Made by a program: the position numbers and the translations under genes
Notes under the pieces: generated by a model
Database searches by the model: none
The model's input: the letters and a program-made list of their open reading frames with translations, nothing else
What the model was told of the DNA's origin: nothing
DNA from: Candidatus Hodarchaeota archaeon
GTDB taxonomy: Archaea; Asgardarchaeota; Heimdallarchaeia; Hodarchaeales; Hodarchaeaceae
Direction of reading: 5' to 3'
NCBI GenBank assembly: GCA_016840035.1
Contig: JAEOTC010000208.1
Coordinates: forward strand, 1 to 41,661
Length of the DNA stretch: 41,661 nt
In this document: positions 26,433 to 36,527 of the stretch, piece by piece
Position numbering within the stretch: the stretch's first letter is position 1
Layout: the number at the start of each line of letters is the position of its first letter

Positions 26433-28472
26433 CTAATGATTATATCGTGCTTTGTTTTTTCGGACATGTTCCTCTCCCTCCTCGCTTAAAGAGTAGATAT
26501 TTTCACTCATCTGAATTAATTTCTTATGTTCAAGTTCTAATAGAGCCTGTTTAATGTCTTCTTGATTGTACCCATATTTAATTACAAAAGGTTCACCGTG
26601 ACTTTCTTTAATTACAATTGGTTGAAAATCTAACGAAAATCTATCTTGTATCATCTCATAAGTGTTAAAATCCTTAAAAATCTGATATAACACCCATTTC
26701 TCAAGCATACGGTATTGAAAGCGATTGAAGCTCTTCCACAAGCCTAGTTTATATTTTCCAAAGTCAATTTCCTCTCCCTGATTGTAACTTCTCAGGTCTG
26801 AAAGTATTTCATATGCTCCTCGGAGGACTAAAAAGCCAATGAAACAGCCGACAATTCCATCCATTATGTAAATCTGAAATTCACTTGCCGCAATAGCAAG
26901 TAGTACCAGTGAGGCATTTAACACATGATTCTTACTGTCTTCTGATTGAGCCAAGATAGTCAAACTTCGATTAAGATATCCGCTATATTTCTGATAAATA
27001 TATAATAGAAAACATGCAATGATAGAGACTACAGCGACAAAAACTCCAAAATTACCTTCACTGATGGGAGTTGGATTCATCATTCTCGTTACACTTGAGA
27101 CCAGAATTCCCACTCCAGAAATAGCCATAAGAATGATCAATAGGTACGTTGCTTCTGTTTCTTTCTTAATCCACATTGCAATAGTCACAATAATAGATGA
27201 TATGCCATCAATTGCTGAATCAATTCCATCCCCTAATAGTCCAACGCTTCCTGTAAGCACAAATCCAAATAATTTTAGAGTTGCGAGTACCAAATGTATT
27301 ACTAAGGAGAGTAAAGGAGATATAGATGGTTGCGCCAGGGATTTAACAGCTGTAAAGAATCTAACCATCTGTTTTGCCTGTTTATCAGCTCTTGGGATTG
27401 CTTTTTCTGTTAAATGAAAAAAGTCTCCTTCTACTCTGACTAGTCCTTCTAGCTGTAAAAGACGAATCCCCTGATAATTTATCCAAAGATGTTCTGAATC
27501 CAGATTTTCTCTGAAAAACATTGCTGCCCCGAATAGCATAGCAATCCTATTATCTAGATATAGTATTTCCTCATACGTGTGAGGGCGACTATTCAAAAGA
27601 ATCAGAATATGGTGCATAAAATGGTCATAATTACTCTTCCGTACTTCAGATAGAATATTGATTCCATAAATTATAACAATTAGTCCTGTAACATATTTTA
27701 TATTTAACTCCATACTTACAGCACTAATAATGACGAATAATGAAGAAAAAACTGTGCTACGGTGGTGAAGTGCAAGAACTTTTACATTAACATTTTCATT
27801 TAAATACCCCGAACAGTAAATTGTCAGAAATGAGATCAGAGCTATTGAAATGCCAATAATTATGATAAGTCCTGTACTTTCTAAATTGTAAGTAATGACG
27901 CCAGTACTAATTATTGTTAGGCCATAAATCATGACCCCTACACCAATGATTGAAATCGAAATTCGAAATATACGTGAGGATAGTTTTCTAATAGGATTTC
28001 TTGAGGCCGTTAATATTTGATAGAAGTTTAAGCTCATTATAATAAGAAAAATTCCCTCTAGAGCGAAAATAGGGTTTTGTGAAATTGAAAAACCTACAAA
28101 ATTCAGAGCTGTTAGAAATATCAGAGTAATCGAAGAAATGAGAAAGGCAATGGAAGGTTTGATGAGAGTTTTAACAAAATCACTAATCTTTTGATCTCTT
28201 TCCTCTGTTTTATTTACTCTTTCCTTTCCTTGTAGAGTTAGCAAGTATTTCTCGTCTTCAACAAGTTCAATGTGATTTTTCTTCTCTAATCGACGTAATC
28301 TCTTCCCTAAATATTCCATTTTTCTATTCTTCGATCTTCTTTGCCACCAATGGACAGTAAACTCATTATCCAGCTTAGTAATGATATTTTTCATATTTTG
28401 TGGCTCATCCTCAACAAGACGTAACAGGATTTTATCAAAATTATGAGAACTGAAGATCAAAGATGATTTCAT
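26433..28472 (-). CDS. Cation diffusion facilitator (CDF)-family protein, internally duplicated, with winged-helix segments
   Basis: Second half has LKLFGFVLTGSVGLLGDGIDSAID and SLTILAQSEDSKNH (CDF TM1-2 and TM5). The first half is a degenerate copy. Three 'L..L...G.I....Y.LT..G' wHTH-like segments. Confidence 0.8.
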   Translation of the reverse strand: MKSSLIFSSHNFDKILLRLVEDEPQNMKNIITKLDNEFTVHWWQRRSKNRKMEYLGKRLRRLEKKNHIELVEDEKYLLTLQGKERVNKTEERDQKISDFVKTLIKPSIAFLISSITLIFLTALNFVGFSISQNPIFALEGIFLIIMSLNFYQILTASRNPIRKLSSRIFRISISIIGVGVMIYGLTIISTGVITYNLESTGLIIIIGISIALISFLTIYCSGYLNENVNVKVLALHHRSTVFSSLFVIISAVSMELNIKYVTGLIVIIYGINILSEVRKSNYDHFMHHILILLNSRPHTYEEILYLDNRIAMLFGAAMFFRENLDSEHLWINYQGIRLLQLEGLVRVEGDFFHLTEKAIPRADKQAKQMVRFFTAVKSLAQPSISPLLSLVIHLVLATLKLFGFVLTGSVGLLGDGIDSAIDGISSIIVTIAMWIKKETEATYLLIILMAISGVGILVSSVTRMMNPTPISEGNFGVFVAVVSIIACFLLYIYQKYSGYLNRSLTILAQSEDSKNHVLNASLVLLAIAASEFQIYIMDGIVGCFIGFLVLRGAYEILSDLRSYNQGEEIDFGKYKLGLWKSFNRFQYRMLEKWVLYQIFKDFNTYEMIQDRFSLDFQPIVIKESHGEPFVIKYGYNQEDIKQALLELEHKKLIQMSENIYSLSEEGEEHVRKNKARYNH

Positions 28473-28675
28473 GGTCGTTCACACCTTAGTACTTGCGTTA
28501 TTTTCGAAATTAGTTAATACAGATGAGATATGTCACGTTACTTATATTCAAAGCTCTATTATTGAATGTATGGGATTTGGTAATGTGAATTCTCTTATAA
28601 GTGGTTTCCTTTAGGAAATTGAAGAGCAAATTCTGGTGTTCGTCGGGTGAAAGATGACACCAAATTACTCAATGG

Positions 28676-28700
28676 TGTTCACAGATGTAAACATTTATAG
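28676..28700 (+). promoter_or_regulatory. Operator-like palindrome next to a TATA-like box
   Basis: tgttcaca-ga-tgtaaaca (7/8 symmetric) immediately followed by tttatag, ~50 bp upstream of the methyltransferase gene. Confidence 0.4.
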
Positions 28701-28747
28701 GAAATAGATGATTAATCTTAATAAGGCTATTACTGAATGTGTTACAA

Positions 28748-29308
28748 ATGGAATTCGTACCTGAATTAAAACTAACTCTTTTAAGTGGAGGAATTTTCTT
28801 AATCATTTTTTATTTCCTTCAATTTGTTAATTTAACATTTGTTTCAAACGAAATGCGAAAGAAACTAGTCGATAGATCGACTTTCAGTAGAAAACAATGG
28901 ATTTTATCATTTATGAGTAAATTACTGGGAGTTTGTGTGATGATTCTAATGTTCTTAACACCTATTAGTAACCAAAGTATAGAATTTCTCCTTGGTGTTG
29001 GGATCTACTGTATGGGAATGATTGGTTTAAGAATTTCCGTTTTAAACTTCACTTCCACCCCTCTTGACCAACCTGTGACGAAGGGACTGTATTCATATTC
29101 TAGAAATCCTCAAGAAACCATGTTAATTGTAATTTTTCTTGGTATTACGCTTATTATTGGTTCAGGGTTGGTTCTCACTATACTGATCATATCGAAACTC
29201 CTAAGTCATTATCAATTATTAGCCCAAGAAGATGCTTGCCTTGAATTATATGGGGAGGAATATCGAAAATATATGCAGAGAGTTCCAAGGTATTTCTTAA
29301 TCTTCTAG
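28748..29308 (+). CDS. ICMT/PEMT-family membrane methyltransferase
   Basis: VTKGLYSYSRNP, QEDACLELYGEEYRKYMQRVPRY; multiple TM segments. Confidence 0.85.
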   Translation: MEFVPELKLTLLSGGIFLIIFYFLQFVNLTFVSNEMRKKLVDRSTFSRKQWILSFMSKLLGVCVMILMFLTPISNQSIEFLLGVGIYCMGMIGLRISVLNFTSTPLDQPVTKGLYSYSRNPQETMLIVIFLGITLIIGSGLVLTILIISKLLSHYQLLAQEDACLELYGEEYRKYMQRVPRYFLIF

Positions 29309-29323
29309 GACTGGTGAAAGACT

Positions 29324-29740
29324 ATGATGACACTCACAAGGGAAAATAAGTATAAATTTATTAAATTCTCATATTGGCTTGGTGCAATACTTGATGGAAT
29401 CTGGTGTATTATTCCCTTCATCTATATGTTTTTCTCTGATTTATCAATCTTCACAGACTTAGGCTATCCGAGTCCCATAAGCGAATTTGGATATTATGCA
29501 CTTGTTGGTGTAGTTGGCTTAATGTTCGGATGGACGCTCTTACTAATATGGGGGGTTCAAAAACCCATCGAACGTAAGGATACTTTGTTGTTGACAACTC
29601 TAGTCTGTGTTATCTTGCTGATACTACAAATTATCGGTTTTATAAACGGGAATAAATATATCCTTCCAATTTCATTACTTTCAAACCTAAGTGTAATATT
29701 TTACGGAATAGGATATGTTTGGGCAAGATCCTTAGAATAA
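29324..29740 (+). CDS. Hypothetical four-TM membrane protein
   Basis: SYWLGAILD, LMFGWTLLLIW..KPIERK; GGTGA SD upstream. Confidence 0.75.
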   Translation: MMTLTRENKYKFIKFSYWLGAILDGIWCIIPFIYMFFSDLSIFTDLGYPSPISEFGYYALVGVVGLMFGWTLLLIWGVQKPIERKDTLLLTTLVCVILLILQIIGFINGNKYILPISLLSNLSVIFYGIGYVWARSLE

Positions 29741-29789
29741 CTCATTATCTATAACTTTTAATCAATAGAAACAAGAATTTTTAAGATAT

Positions 29790-30194
29790 TCACTTATCAG
29801 CTAACGTAGAATCAATTAATTCAAGTAATGGTTCAAGTAGTGTGTGAATTCGGTCTTTAATTTGTTGATTGAGCTCATTTAGCTCTTTTATTCCCTTCTC
29901 AGTAATTTCATAATGACGAAGTTTCCTCCCTTCAGACATTTGTATGGATTTAACAAGATCAGCTCTCTCCAATTTCCGCAATTCAGTATAAATTGTACCT
30001 GTTTTAACTTCTAATGAAGTATTGATCGCTTTTGGTACGATCTGACGAATCTCATACCCCGTAATTTGGGGATTTTTTAGAATTAATGCAAGGAATAACG
30101 CTCGAATAATTGGTAACGGGCGTAGGATTTTCTGTTTCTCTGTGGTTTCCTTTAATTGGTCATTGGTTTTTTTTTCATCATCCATGATTTTCAA
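29790..30194 (-). CDS. PadR-family transcriptional regulator
   Basis: TGYEI...GTIYTELRKLE...RHYEITEKG. Confidence 0.9.
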   Translation of the reverse strand: MKIMDDEKKTNDQLKETTEKQKILRPLPIIRALFLALILKNPQITGYEIRQIVPKAINTSLEVKTGTIYTELRKLERADLVKSIQMSEGRKLRHYEITEKGIKELNELNQQIKDRIHTLLEPLLELIDSTLADK

Positions 30195-30247
30195 ATCGAT
30201 CCTTCATAACCTGTAGTGAATAAATGATGAGTGATTGAAAAACTCTC

Positions 30248-30727
30248 CTAGGACGAAACTGCGACACCAACTAAGATAGCACTCAAGAATAGGACGAGAG
30301 TTGCTAGTAGAATATTCAGAAATAGTAACAACACAGATAGTCTTTCTTCTTTTTTAGAATTCAGATTTAGTTTCTTCAGTATTTGGCTTCTTGTGAGCAT
30401 GACTAAAATCATGGAAACATAAAGCACATGTTTGATAGTTGTTAGTATTGAATATTCATTTCCTAAACTGATAAACCCTAAATATAATCCTGAATATCTT
30501 GCAAGTAATACTCCGGTTAGAAATAGCATTACCATGCTAATATAAATCAAACTTCGCATACGATGTTGAATAGTCTTCATAAACTGTTTGGTTTCTGGAC
30601 TTTTAGGTAAGACTCTCTTTGTTGATGGCAAAATCACGAATCCCATTGTAAATAAGCCCCCTACCCAGATTGCTGTTGCTATGTCGTGCAGAAATTTCAC
30701 AATAACGTAAACTAAATCGATGTCCAA
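30248..30727 (-). CDS. CopD-like four-TM membrane protein
   Basis: FLHDIATAIWVGG...VILP, LFLTG, TIKH pattern; GGTGA SD before TTG. Confidence 0.7.
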   Translation of the reverse strand: MDIDLVYVIVKFLHDIATAIWVGGLFTMGFVILPSTKRVLPKSPETKQFMKTIQHRMRSLIYISMVMLFLTGVLLARYSGLYLGFISLGNEYSILTTIKHVLYVSMILVMLTRSQILKKLNLNSKKEERLSVLLLFLNILLATLVLFLSAILVGVAVSS

Positions 30728-30867
30728 TATTTATCACCAGTAGATAACAATATGTCGTAGTTATACATGTAGCTTGATGATATATATATTTATACTAGAT
30801 TCTTAGATAACAAAACGAGAGTATAACCAAAATAAATGCTCTCTTTTGTTTACAATTTGAGTTTTAT

Positions 30868-31710
30868 TTGGTGAATTTTGAAATGAACAGGAAAAATTCT
30901 TTAGGTATCCTTCTTTCTGTAATTGGTGCCATTCTTGGGATTATAGGAACATGGATTCTTTTTGTACTATATTATGAACCGTATCAAACAGCAATGCTTG
31001 CACCACCACCAGCAGGAGTCGGTACTGACGCAATAATCATCATTTTTCTACCATTTATTGCAGATTTTGGGATAATTGGTGGTGTATTGTATATTATTAG
31101 TGCCTTAGGTTTTTGGTCAGATTCCGAATGGGCTTTTCCCACAGCTGTCGTGGCAAATATTTTTGCATTACTATCAGGTTTCTGGCCTTTTATTCCTGCA
31201 ATTACAGTAGGTCAACCTCCAGTCTTTTTGGCCATATTTTTTCCTAATCTCTTAATTTACTTCCTTTTAATGGTGTATGTAGGTGATACAACCTGGATTA
31301 GGACGTTAATTGCCTTAACTGTTGGTATAGCTTTCGTCATGTCATTCATGAACGGAGTAGCATCCACAAACCGTATTCTTGGTGTCATTGCAGGTAAAAT
31401 TGCTAGTGGTGGTCCAATTTATGTGCTTTCACAACGAATAAATTGGCTTGCATCTTTGGGGTACGCAGTAACTACCGCAGGAATCTTATTATTTCACAAA
31501 AAAGAATGGGTTCGTTTTGTGGGTCTTGGAGCGGCCGTTCTTGAAATAATTGGAGGTATGCCACTTGCTATACTAAACACTATTGACAAAGGGGAAATAT
31601 CTATGTTTTTCTTTGCCCCAGTGCTTAGTTTGCCATTACTTGTGATTTTCCTCTGGCCTAATCTTTGGCAACGATTAGTATACTCCTCAGAAAAAGCGAC
31701 GATAACGTAA
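30868..31710 (+). CDS. Hypothetical multi-pass (about 8 TM) membrane protein
   Basis: 280-aa hydrophobic ORF with apparent two-fold internal repeat; followed by a pyrimidine tract. Confidence 0.75.
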   Translation: MVNFEMNRKNSLGILLSVIGAILGIIGTWILFVLYYEPYQTAMLAPPPAGVGTDAIIIIFLPFIADFGIIGGVLYIISALGFWSDSEWAFPTAVVANIFALLSGFWPFIPAITVGQPPVFLAIFFPNLLIYFLLMVYVGDTTWIRTLIALTVGIAFVMSFMNGVASTNRILGVIAGKIASGGPIYVLSQRINWLASLGYAVTTAGILLFHKKEWVRFVGLGAAVLEIIGGMPLAILNTIDKGEISMFFFAPVLSLPLLVIFLWPNLWQRLVYSSEKATIT

Positions 31711-31750
31711 AGCTTATCTTCCCTTTTCCTCCCTTTTTTATTCTACTTCT

Positions 31751-32773
31751 CTAGAAGTCATTAAACCGTTTAAAAATTCTACATATTGCCAAACTGATCC
31801 ATTTTTGTACTTCCTTGGATGCTTTACTCTCTCTCTCTATATGTTTTTTAGAGTATGATGACTTCCAAAGTCCATTTGGCTGTTGGTGTTCCTTTAACCA
31901 ATTTAATGCGTTTTTGATATCTTTGTCTTCATGAGAGAAACCAATCATCGATAGCGAATCCAATGCCGCAACAAGGTGATTCCACCAGTAAGGATACTGA
32001 AATCTAACCCAATAGTCAGCATCTTGATAAGAAGTATAATGGGGATCCTTTTGAAAAAACCTCGCTTTGAGTAGGTTCGCAGCGTGTCTTATTTCAGTAG
32101 ATTCGCGATATTTGGGATGAGCGACGAAGGCACGGATGACCATTCCTGTCCAATTATGAGAGGATGGTTTGGAAAGCAGTTCTGGTGTGTATTTTACAGT
32201 TTTAACTTTCTGTGATGTTAAACGAGTGACTTCCTTCCAAGAATAGTCTGTAGCCATTAATGCTCCCGATAACCATCCGCCGTCATTCTGGCGAACAGAT
32301 AATAACCATTGAAGTCCTTTTTCCACACGAGGATCGGTACCATATCCGCATTTTATCAGAAGGGATAATATTACCCCAGTATAGTAAGCAGCATATTGGG
32401 TTCCTAATATTCCACGGATATCTCCCTCTTTCGTTTGACAGGAAAATATAAACTCTGCAGCTCTTTCAACCGAGGAATTTGTATTATTCATCTCATACTG
32501 GTCAATAAGGAAACGAAACTGTTTCCATGTCTCTGTAAGGTCAAAATTTACAGCAGGATGTTTCTTACGATTTTTGGATGGGGATTTCCATGAACCATTT
32601 GCTTGTTGACGTTTCAATATTCTTTGAACTACGGGTAGTTCCCAGATATCTTGGATTCTATTCACTCTTTCTTCTAATAAATCACGTCGAGTGAAATATT
32701 CAATAGCAGGACCGTTTTTTTCCAGTAAAGCGGGAATAGAGTCGAATTTGAGCTGTTTCTGCCAAGGTTTCAT
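31751..32773 (-). CDS. Prenyltransferase/squalene-cyclase-repeat (alpha-alpha barrel) protein
   Basis: QW-like repeats QQANGSW, CQTKEGD, RQNDGGW, HQQPNGLW; likely start ATG 32773 (MKPWQ). Confidence 0.8.
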   Translation of the reverse strand: MKPWQKQLKFDSIPALLEKNGPAIEYFTRRDLLEERVNRIQDIWELPVVQRILKRQQANGSWKSPSKNRKKHPAVNFDLTETWKQFRFLIDQYEMNNTNSSVERAAEFIFSCQTKEGDIRGILGTQYAAYYTGVILSLLIKCGYGTDPRVEKGLQWLLSVRQNDGGWLSGALMATDYSWKEVTRLTSQKVKTVKYTPELLSKPSSHNWTGMVIRAFVAHPKYRESTEIRHAANLLKARFFQKDPHYTSYQDADYWVRFQYPYWWNHLVAALDSLSMIGFSHEDKDIKNALNWLKEHQQPNGLWKSSYSKKHIERESKASKEVQKWISLAICRIFKRFNDF

Positions 32774-32913
32774 GAGATTGGTTCCTATTCTGCAAATAAG
32801 ATTCTTTGATGAAGTAATGAAGTATGTTAAATCAGAGAATTGTCCTAACAAAAACTCTTTTGATATAAGAATTGTCTTTAAAGGTGATTAGGGACATTGT
32901 AGGTGAATGGTTC

Positions 32914-34095
32914 GTGAAAAAATGGATCAAAATCTTGGTTATATTTCTAATAAGTGTTAATCTTTCTATCATCTTTCCTGTTCAGAGTAGGGTGTTTACT
33001 AGTACTGCATATCCAGAAGCAAGAGCTGGGCATTCAATGGTATATGATCCCATTCATAATGAGATTATTATGTTTGGGGGTATGAGAGACAACTTAAATA
33101 CTCCGAATAGTTATCTAAATGATACGTGGATTTTTTATTGCGCAAATAACTCTTGGAGACAAATTACTCCTATTATTAGTCCTGCTACTAGGGTAACACA
33201 TGATATGATTTATGATTCAGCGAATAAAAAGGCGGTACTGTTTGGAGGAGGAAATAGGGACCAACTATTTAATGATACATGGATTTTTGATCCAGAAACT
33301 CGTACTTGGTGTGAATTAGCTCCCAATAATCGACCTCAACCTGTGAATGATCCTGAACTGTATTATGATCCTTTAAATCAAGCAGTTATTCTATTTGGAG
33401 GATACCTTGAGAACGGATATTCTGATGAGACCTGGAAATATTCGGTATCAAATAATTCTTGGGAACAGATTTTTCCATCAAACAGTCCTTCAAGTCGATA
33501 TGGTCATAGAATGATATATAATACAATGAGTCAAACGGGCTTTTTGTTCGGTGGTCATGCAAATGGTATTAGCGATAGAATAGAAAATGACCTGTGGTTA
33601 TTTAACATAGCAGATAATTCTTGGACTGAATCGACATCTGGAACTCTTCCTTCAACACGTTATTGGCATGATATGGTGTACAATCCGGTTAAAAATGAGT
33701 CAATAGTGTTCGGTGGAAGATCAAGTGCCTTTAATTTCAATTGCAGAGATGATACATGGATCTTTAGTCATGGAACAAATACTTGGGAAGAAATTACCGG
33801 TGAAGGACCATCTGAACGAATGACTTTCTCAATGGTCTATAATTCAAATGATGCTAAAGTCTATCTTTATGGAGGCAACAGAGATCCCAATACAGAGATT
33901 TATAATGATATGTGGGTCTTTTGTACACAAACTAGGTCATGGTCAAAACCTAGCGTGACCTCATCCGTCCAATCTGAAGACATGAGTTCTTCTAGTACAT
34001 CTTCCCCCTCAGAGGACTCTACTTCCTCTCTTTACATAACTAGCCTGCTAATGACACTAACTTTATTAGGTCAAAAACGAAGAAAACGGAAATAA
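32914..34095 (+). CDS. Secreted Kelch-repeat beta-propeller with C-terminal anchor
   Basis: Six P..R..H.M.Y....FGG....NDTW blades; signal peptide from GTG 32914 with AGGTGA SD; Ser-rich linker, hydrophobic stretch and KRRKRK. Confidence 0.9.
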   Translation: MKKWIKILVIFLISVNLSIIFPVQSRVFTSTAYPEARAGHSMVYDPIHNEIIMFGGMRDNLNTPNSYLNDTWIFYCANNSWRQITPIISPATRVTHDMIYDSANKKAVLFGGGNRDQLFNDTWIFDPETRTWCELAPNNRPQPVNDPELYYDPLNQAVILFGGYLENGYSDETWKYSVSNNSWEQIFPSNSPSSRYGHRMIYNTMSQTGFLFGGHANGISDRIENDLWLFNIADNSWTESTSGTLPSTRYWHDMVYNPVKNESIVFGGRSSAFNFNCRDDTWIFSHGTNTWEEITGEGPSERMTFSMVYNSNDAKVYLYGGNRDPNTEIYNDMWVFCTQTRSWSKPSVTSSVQSEDMSSSSTSSPSEDSTSSLYITSLLMTLTLLGQKRRKRK

Positions 34096-34190
34096 TCCAC
34101 AATCCTATTTCTTTTTATATTCTCAAAAGGCGAAGTTCAAAACTTCGAAAATTCATGAAGTAGAACAAATCACGTTTCCTTACTATTCCT

Positions 34191-35198
34191 TTAAAAATGT
34201 TTGAAGAGGAAATATTCCTTGTTTGAATACGGATATCCATCCGATATTCCAAATTTCTTATAGCCTTGTTTCATAAAAAATTCTGGAGATTGAAAAGAGA
34301 GGACATTCACTAAACCTGAAATACATCCATTCTCCTTAGCGATTCGCTCTGCAGTTTCTAAGAGTTTTTTTCCAAACCTCTGGTCTCGATAATTTTTATC
34401 AATCCAAAGCCTGACTATATGGATTGCTTTAAGGGTTGTATACGCAGATAATCCTCCTATAATTTGGTTTGTAGGAGTTTCCAGAACTAAATCAATACTT
34501 TTTCCTGGGTATTTCTTTCTTATTTCTCCTACATGCCTTTTGACATACTCATGTAATCCTTCATTTACTATATTCATGGAACGTTTTGAGTAATCTTCAG
34601 CAATTGTAAATCCCTGCAAATTTTCTTGTTGCTCATCGGAGATGAATATAGCCTCATTCCCAAACTTCTTTAGTAATACATATTCCGTAATACCATTTGT
34701 ATATCCAGTAAAAATTCCCACAATTGTATATCCAATGCTCTTATAAAAATCAGGAGCTTGAAAAGAAAATGTCCATGTTTGTGAGGCGGGATAGCCCTTT
34801 GTTTTACCAATCTTTTCTGCACTTAATACAAGGTGTTTGCCTAACCCCTTTCCTCGATATTTTTCATCTATCCAAAGCGATTCAAGATGCATAATTCCTG
34901 TTAACATACTTGTGATAACCCCTCCGACAATATCCCCTTCAGGATTTCTCAATACAAGACTGATATCTGGGATCGGTATATCAAGGTCCCCACCAGGAAA
35001 ATTTCTGTTATATGTTTCTAAACCGCTCTCTATAACCTTTATTTGTTCTTTAGAAGGTTCTTGTATCATAAGAATCTGATTCACATCTGAATTGCTGACC
35101 ATTTTAAATCTCTCGCTATTTGGTATACTTTTTAGAAATATCTTCGAATCAATTGAATCAATTTTTATATTTCCAAGATATGGAATTTTTTCAGACAT
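34191..35198 (-). CDS. Tandem (double) GNAT acetyltransferase
   Basis: Two copies: LWIDEKYRGKGLG...SFQAPDFY and LWIDKNYRDQRFG...SFQSPEFF; start may be ATG 35102. Confidence 0.88.
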   Translation of the reverse strand: MSEKIPYLGNIKIDSIDSKIFLKSIPNSERFKMVSNSDVNQILMIQEPSKEQIKVIESGLETYNRNFPGGDLDIPIPDISLVLRNPEGDIVGGVITSMLTGIMHLESLWIDEKYRGKGLGKHLVLSAEKIGKTKGYPASQTWTFSFQAPDFYKSIGYTIVGIFTGYTNGITEYVLLKKFGNEAIFISDEQQENLQGFTIAEDYSKRSMNIVNEGLHEYVKRHVGEIRKKYPGKSIDLVLETPTNQIIGGLSAYTTLKAIHIVRLWIDKNYRDQRFGKKLLETAERIAKENGCISGLVNVLSFQSPEFFMKQGYKKFGISDGYPYSNKEYFLFKHF

Positions 35199-35378
35199 TT
35201 TCAGGATGAGAATGTTATTCTTAAGGAAGAGATGATTATGGCAATTATCCAGATTACCTATATATTTTGGAGAATTCGAACCATTTGGGAAAGCTTCCCT
35301 ATTTTTGATTCAAAGAGGTATCGAAAAATCATCCCTATACAAATAAAGTATTAATTCACATGGATAACCCCTCTTCGT

Positions 35379-36404
35379 ATGGATTTTTTCCTGCATATTG
35401 TCGTAAGTACAGCACTTGGCACTCAACTCAATAAAAATCCTAATGCTCAGCGCGCTTTTATTCTTGGGGGCCTCGTTCCTGATTTAGATGTGATATTCGT
35501 TTGGATACCATTTTTAATGCCTGAATTATTTATTTTTCAACATCGTGGGTTATTTCATACAGTATTTCTAGCTCCCATAATAGTAAGTTTACTGATAGTA
35601 TTAATCAACTATTTAAATAAGGTCAATGTTATCCAGAGGTTAAAGGAACCTTTACAGGCTTTCTCTATTGACATAAATTCCCGTACTGTATTGTGGGGAA
35701 CCTTTGGGGTTTTTATTCATCTTCTGATGGATGTTATTTCCTATAATGGAGTGTTCCTCTTTTATCCACTGATTAATCATCGAATAGCATTCAATTTGGT
35801 TTCAGTTATTGACCCCTTCGCATCAGTGCTTTCTATAATAATTGTTATCAGATTATTTTTCAACAAGATAGTTAAGATTGGAACTTATTCAATCAAGCAA
35901 TTTCAAAGATCAGCAACCATGATCAGTATTCTTTTTGTAGTCTTACTATCAACTTACGCTATTCTTCAACTAAATACAACAATCACTCATTCTCCTGATA
36001 ACACCAAACCCGAATTTATCCCAATTTTTCGATGGTTATACTCTAAGGATCAAAACGACATTACGATTTCATTAGTGAACCAACTCACTCAGAAAATTGT
36101 CGTATCCTACTCATATCCCTCCTTAATTTATAATCAAACAGCATGGAACATTAAAACCATTGAATCAGTTATTGACCAAGCAAAAGTGACAACCAAATAT
36201 CAGAGATATATATATCAATTGGATTCTGAATCCTACTTATCCATTAATGCTACATTGAATACAAAGGAATTTCGTTGGCAAATATCATTTTTAAATACTT
36301 TTCAGGATGCCCAGTATAGATTCTTTGGACTTTCACGAGAATCTTCTCCGAAACCAAGTCTGATGATCTATCTCAATCAGGATCGAATTTCTAGAATAAA
36401 GTAA
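35379..36404 (+). CDS. Membrane-bound metal-dependent hydrolase (YdjM-like)
   Basis: MD...H, PDLD, HRGLFH, HLLMD motifs with TM segments. Confidence 0.88.
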   Translation: MDFFLHIVVSTALGTQLNKNPNAQRAFILGGLVPDLDVIFVWIPFLMPELFIFQHRGLFHTVFLAPIIVSLLIVLINYLNKVNVIQRLKEPLQAFSIDINSRTVLWGTFGVFIHLLMDVISYNGVFLFYPLINHRIAFNLVSVIDPFASVLSIIIVIRLFFNKIVKIGTYSIKQFQRSATMISILFVVLLSTYAILQLNTTITHSPDNTKPEFIPIFRWLYSKDQNDITISLVNQLTQKIVVSYSYPSLIYNQTAWNIKTIESVIDQAKVTTKYQRYIYQLDSESYLSINATLNTKEFRWQISFLNTFQDAQYRFFGLSRESSPKPSLMIYLNQDRISRIK

Positions 36405-36527
36405 AACCAATTTTTGAATGAAACTGACTATTATTAAGAAACATGAAACATTTCTTCGGAACTCTAACTTTAAATAGGAATTTAACTCTAAAGAATCACT
36501 ACTCAAAATCTTACAGGAAGAAAAGAG

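Noticed and set aside
30753-30770. atgt-N9-acat as a PadR operator upstream of the copD-like/padR genes
   Set aside because: The arms are only 4 bp in AT-rich DNA and the spacing differs from the ATGT-N8-ACAT known for Bacillus PadR; too weak.
28748-32773. ICMT-like plus prenyltransferase-like genes as a CaaX prenylation pathway for the GTPase
   Set aside because: Both families are widespread in prokaryotes, the genes are not in one operon, and the GTPase ends in NKLL with no CaaX box.
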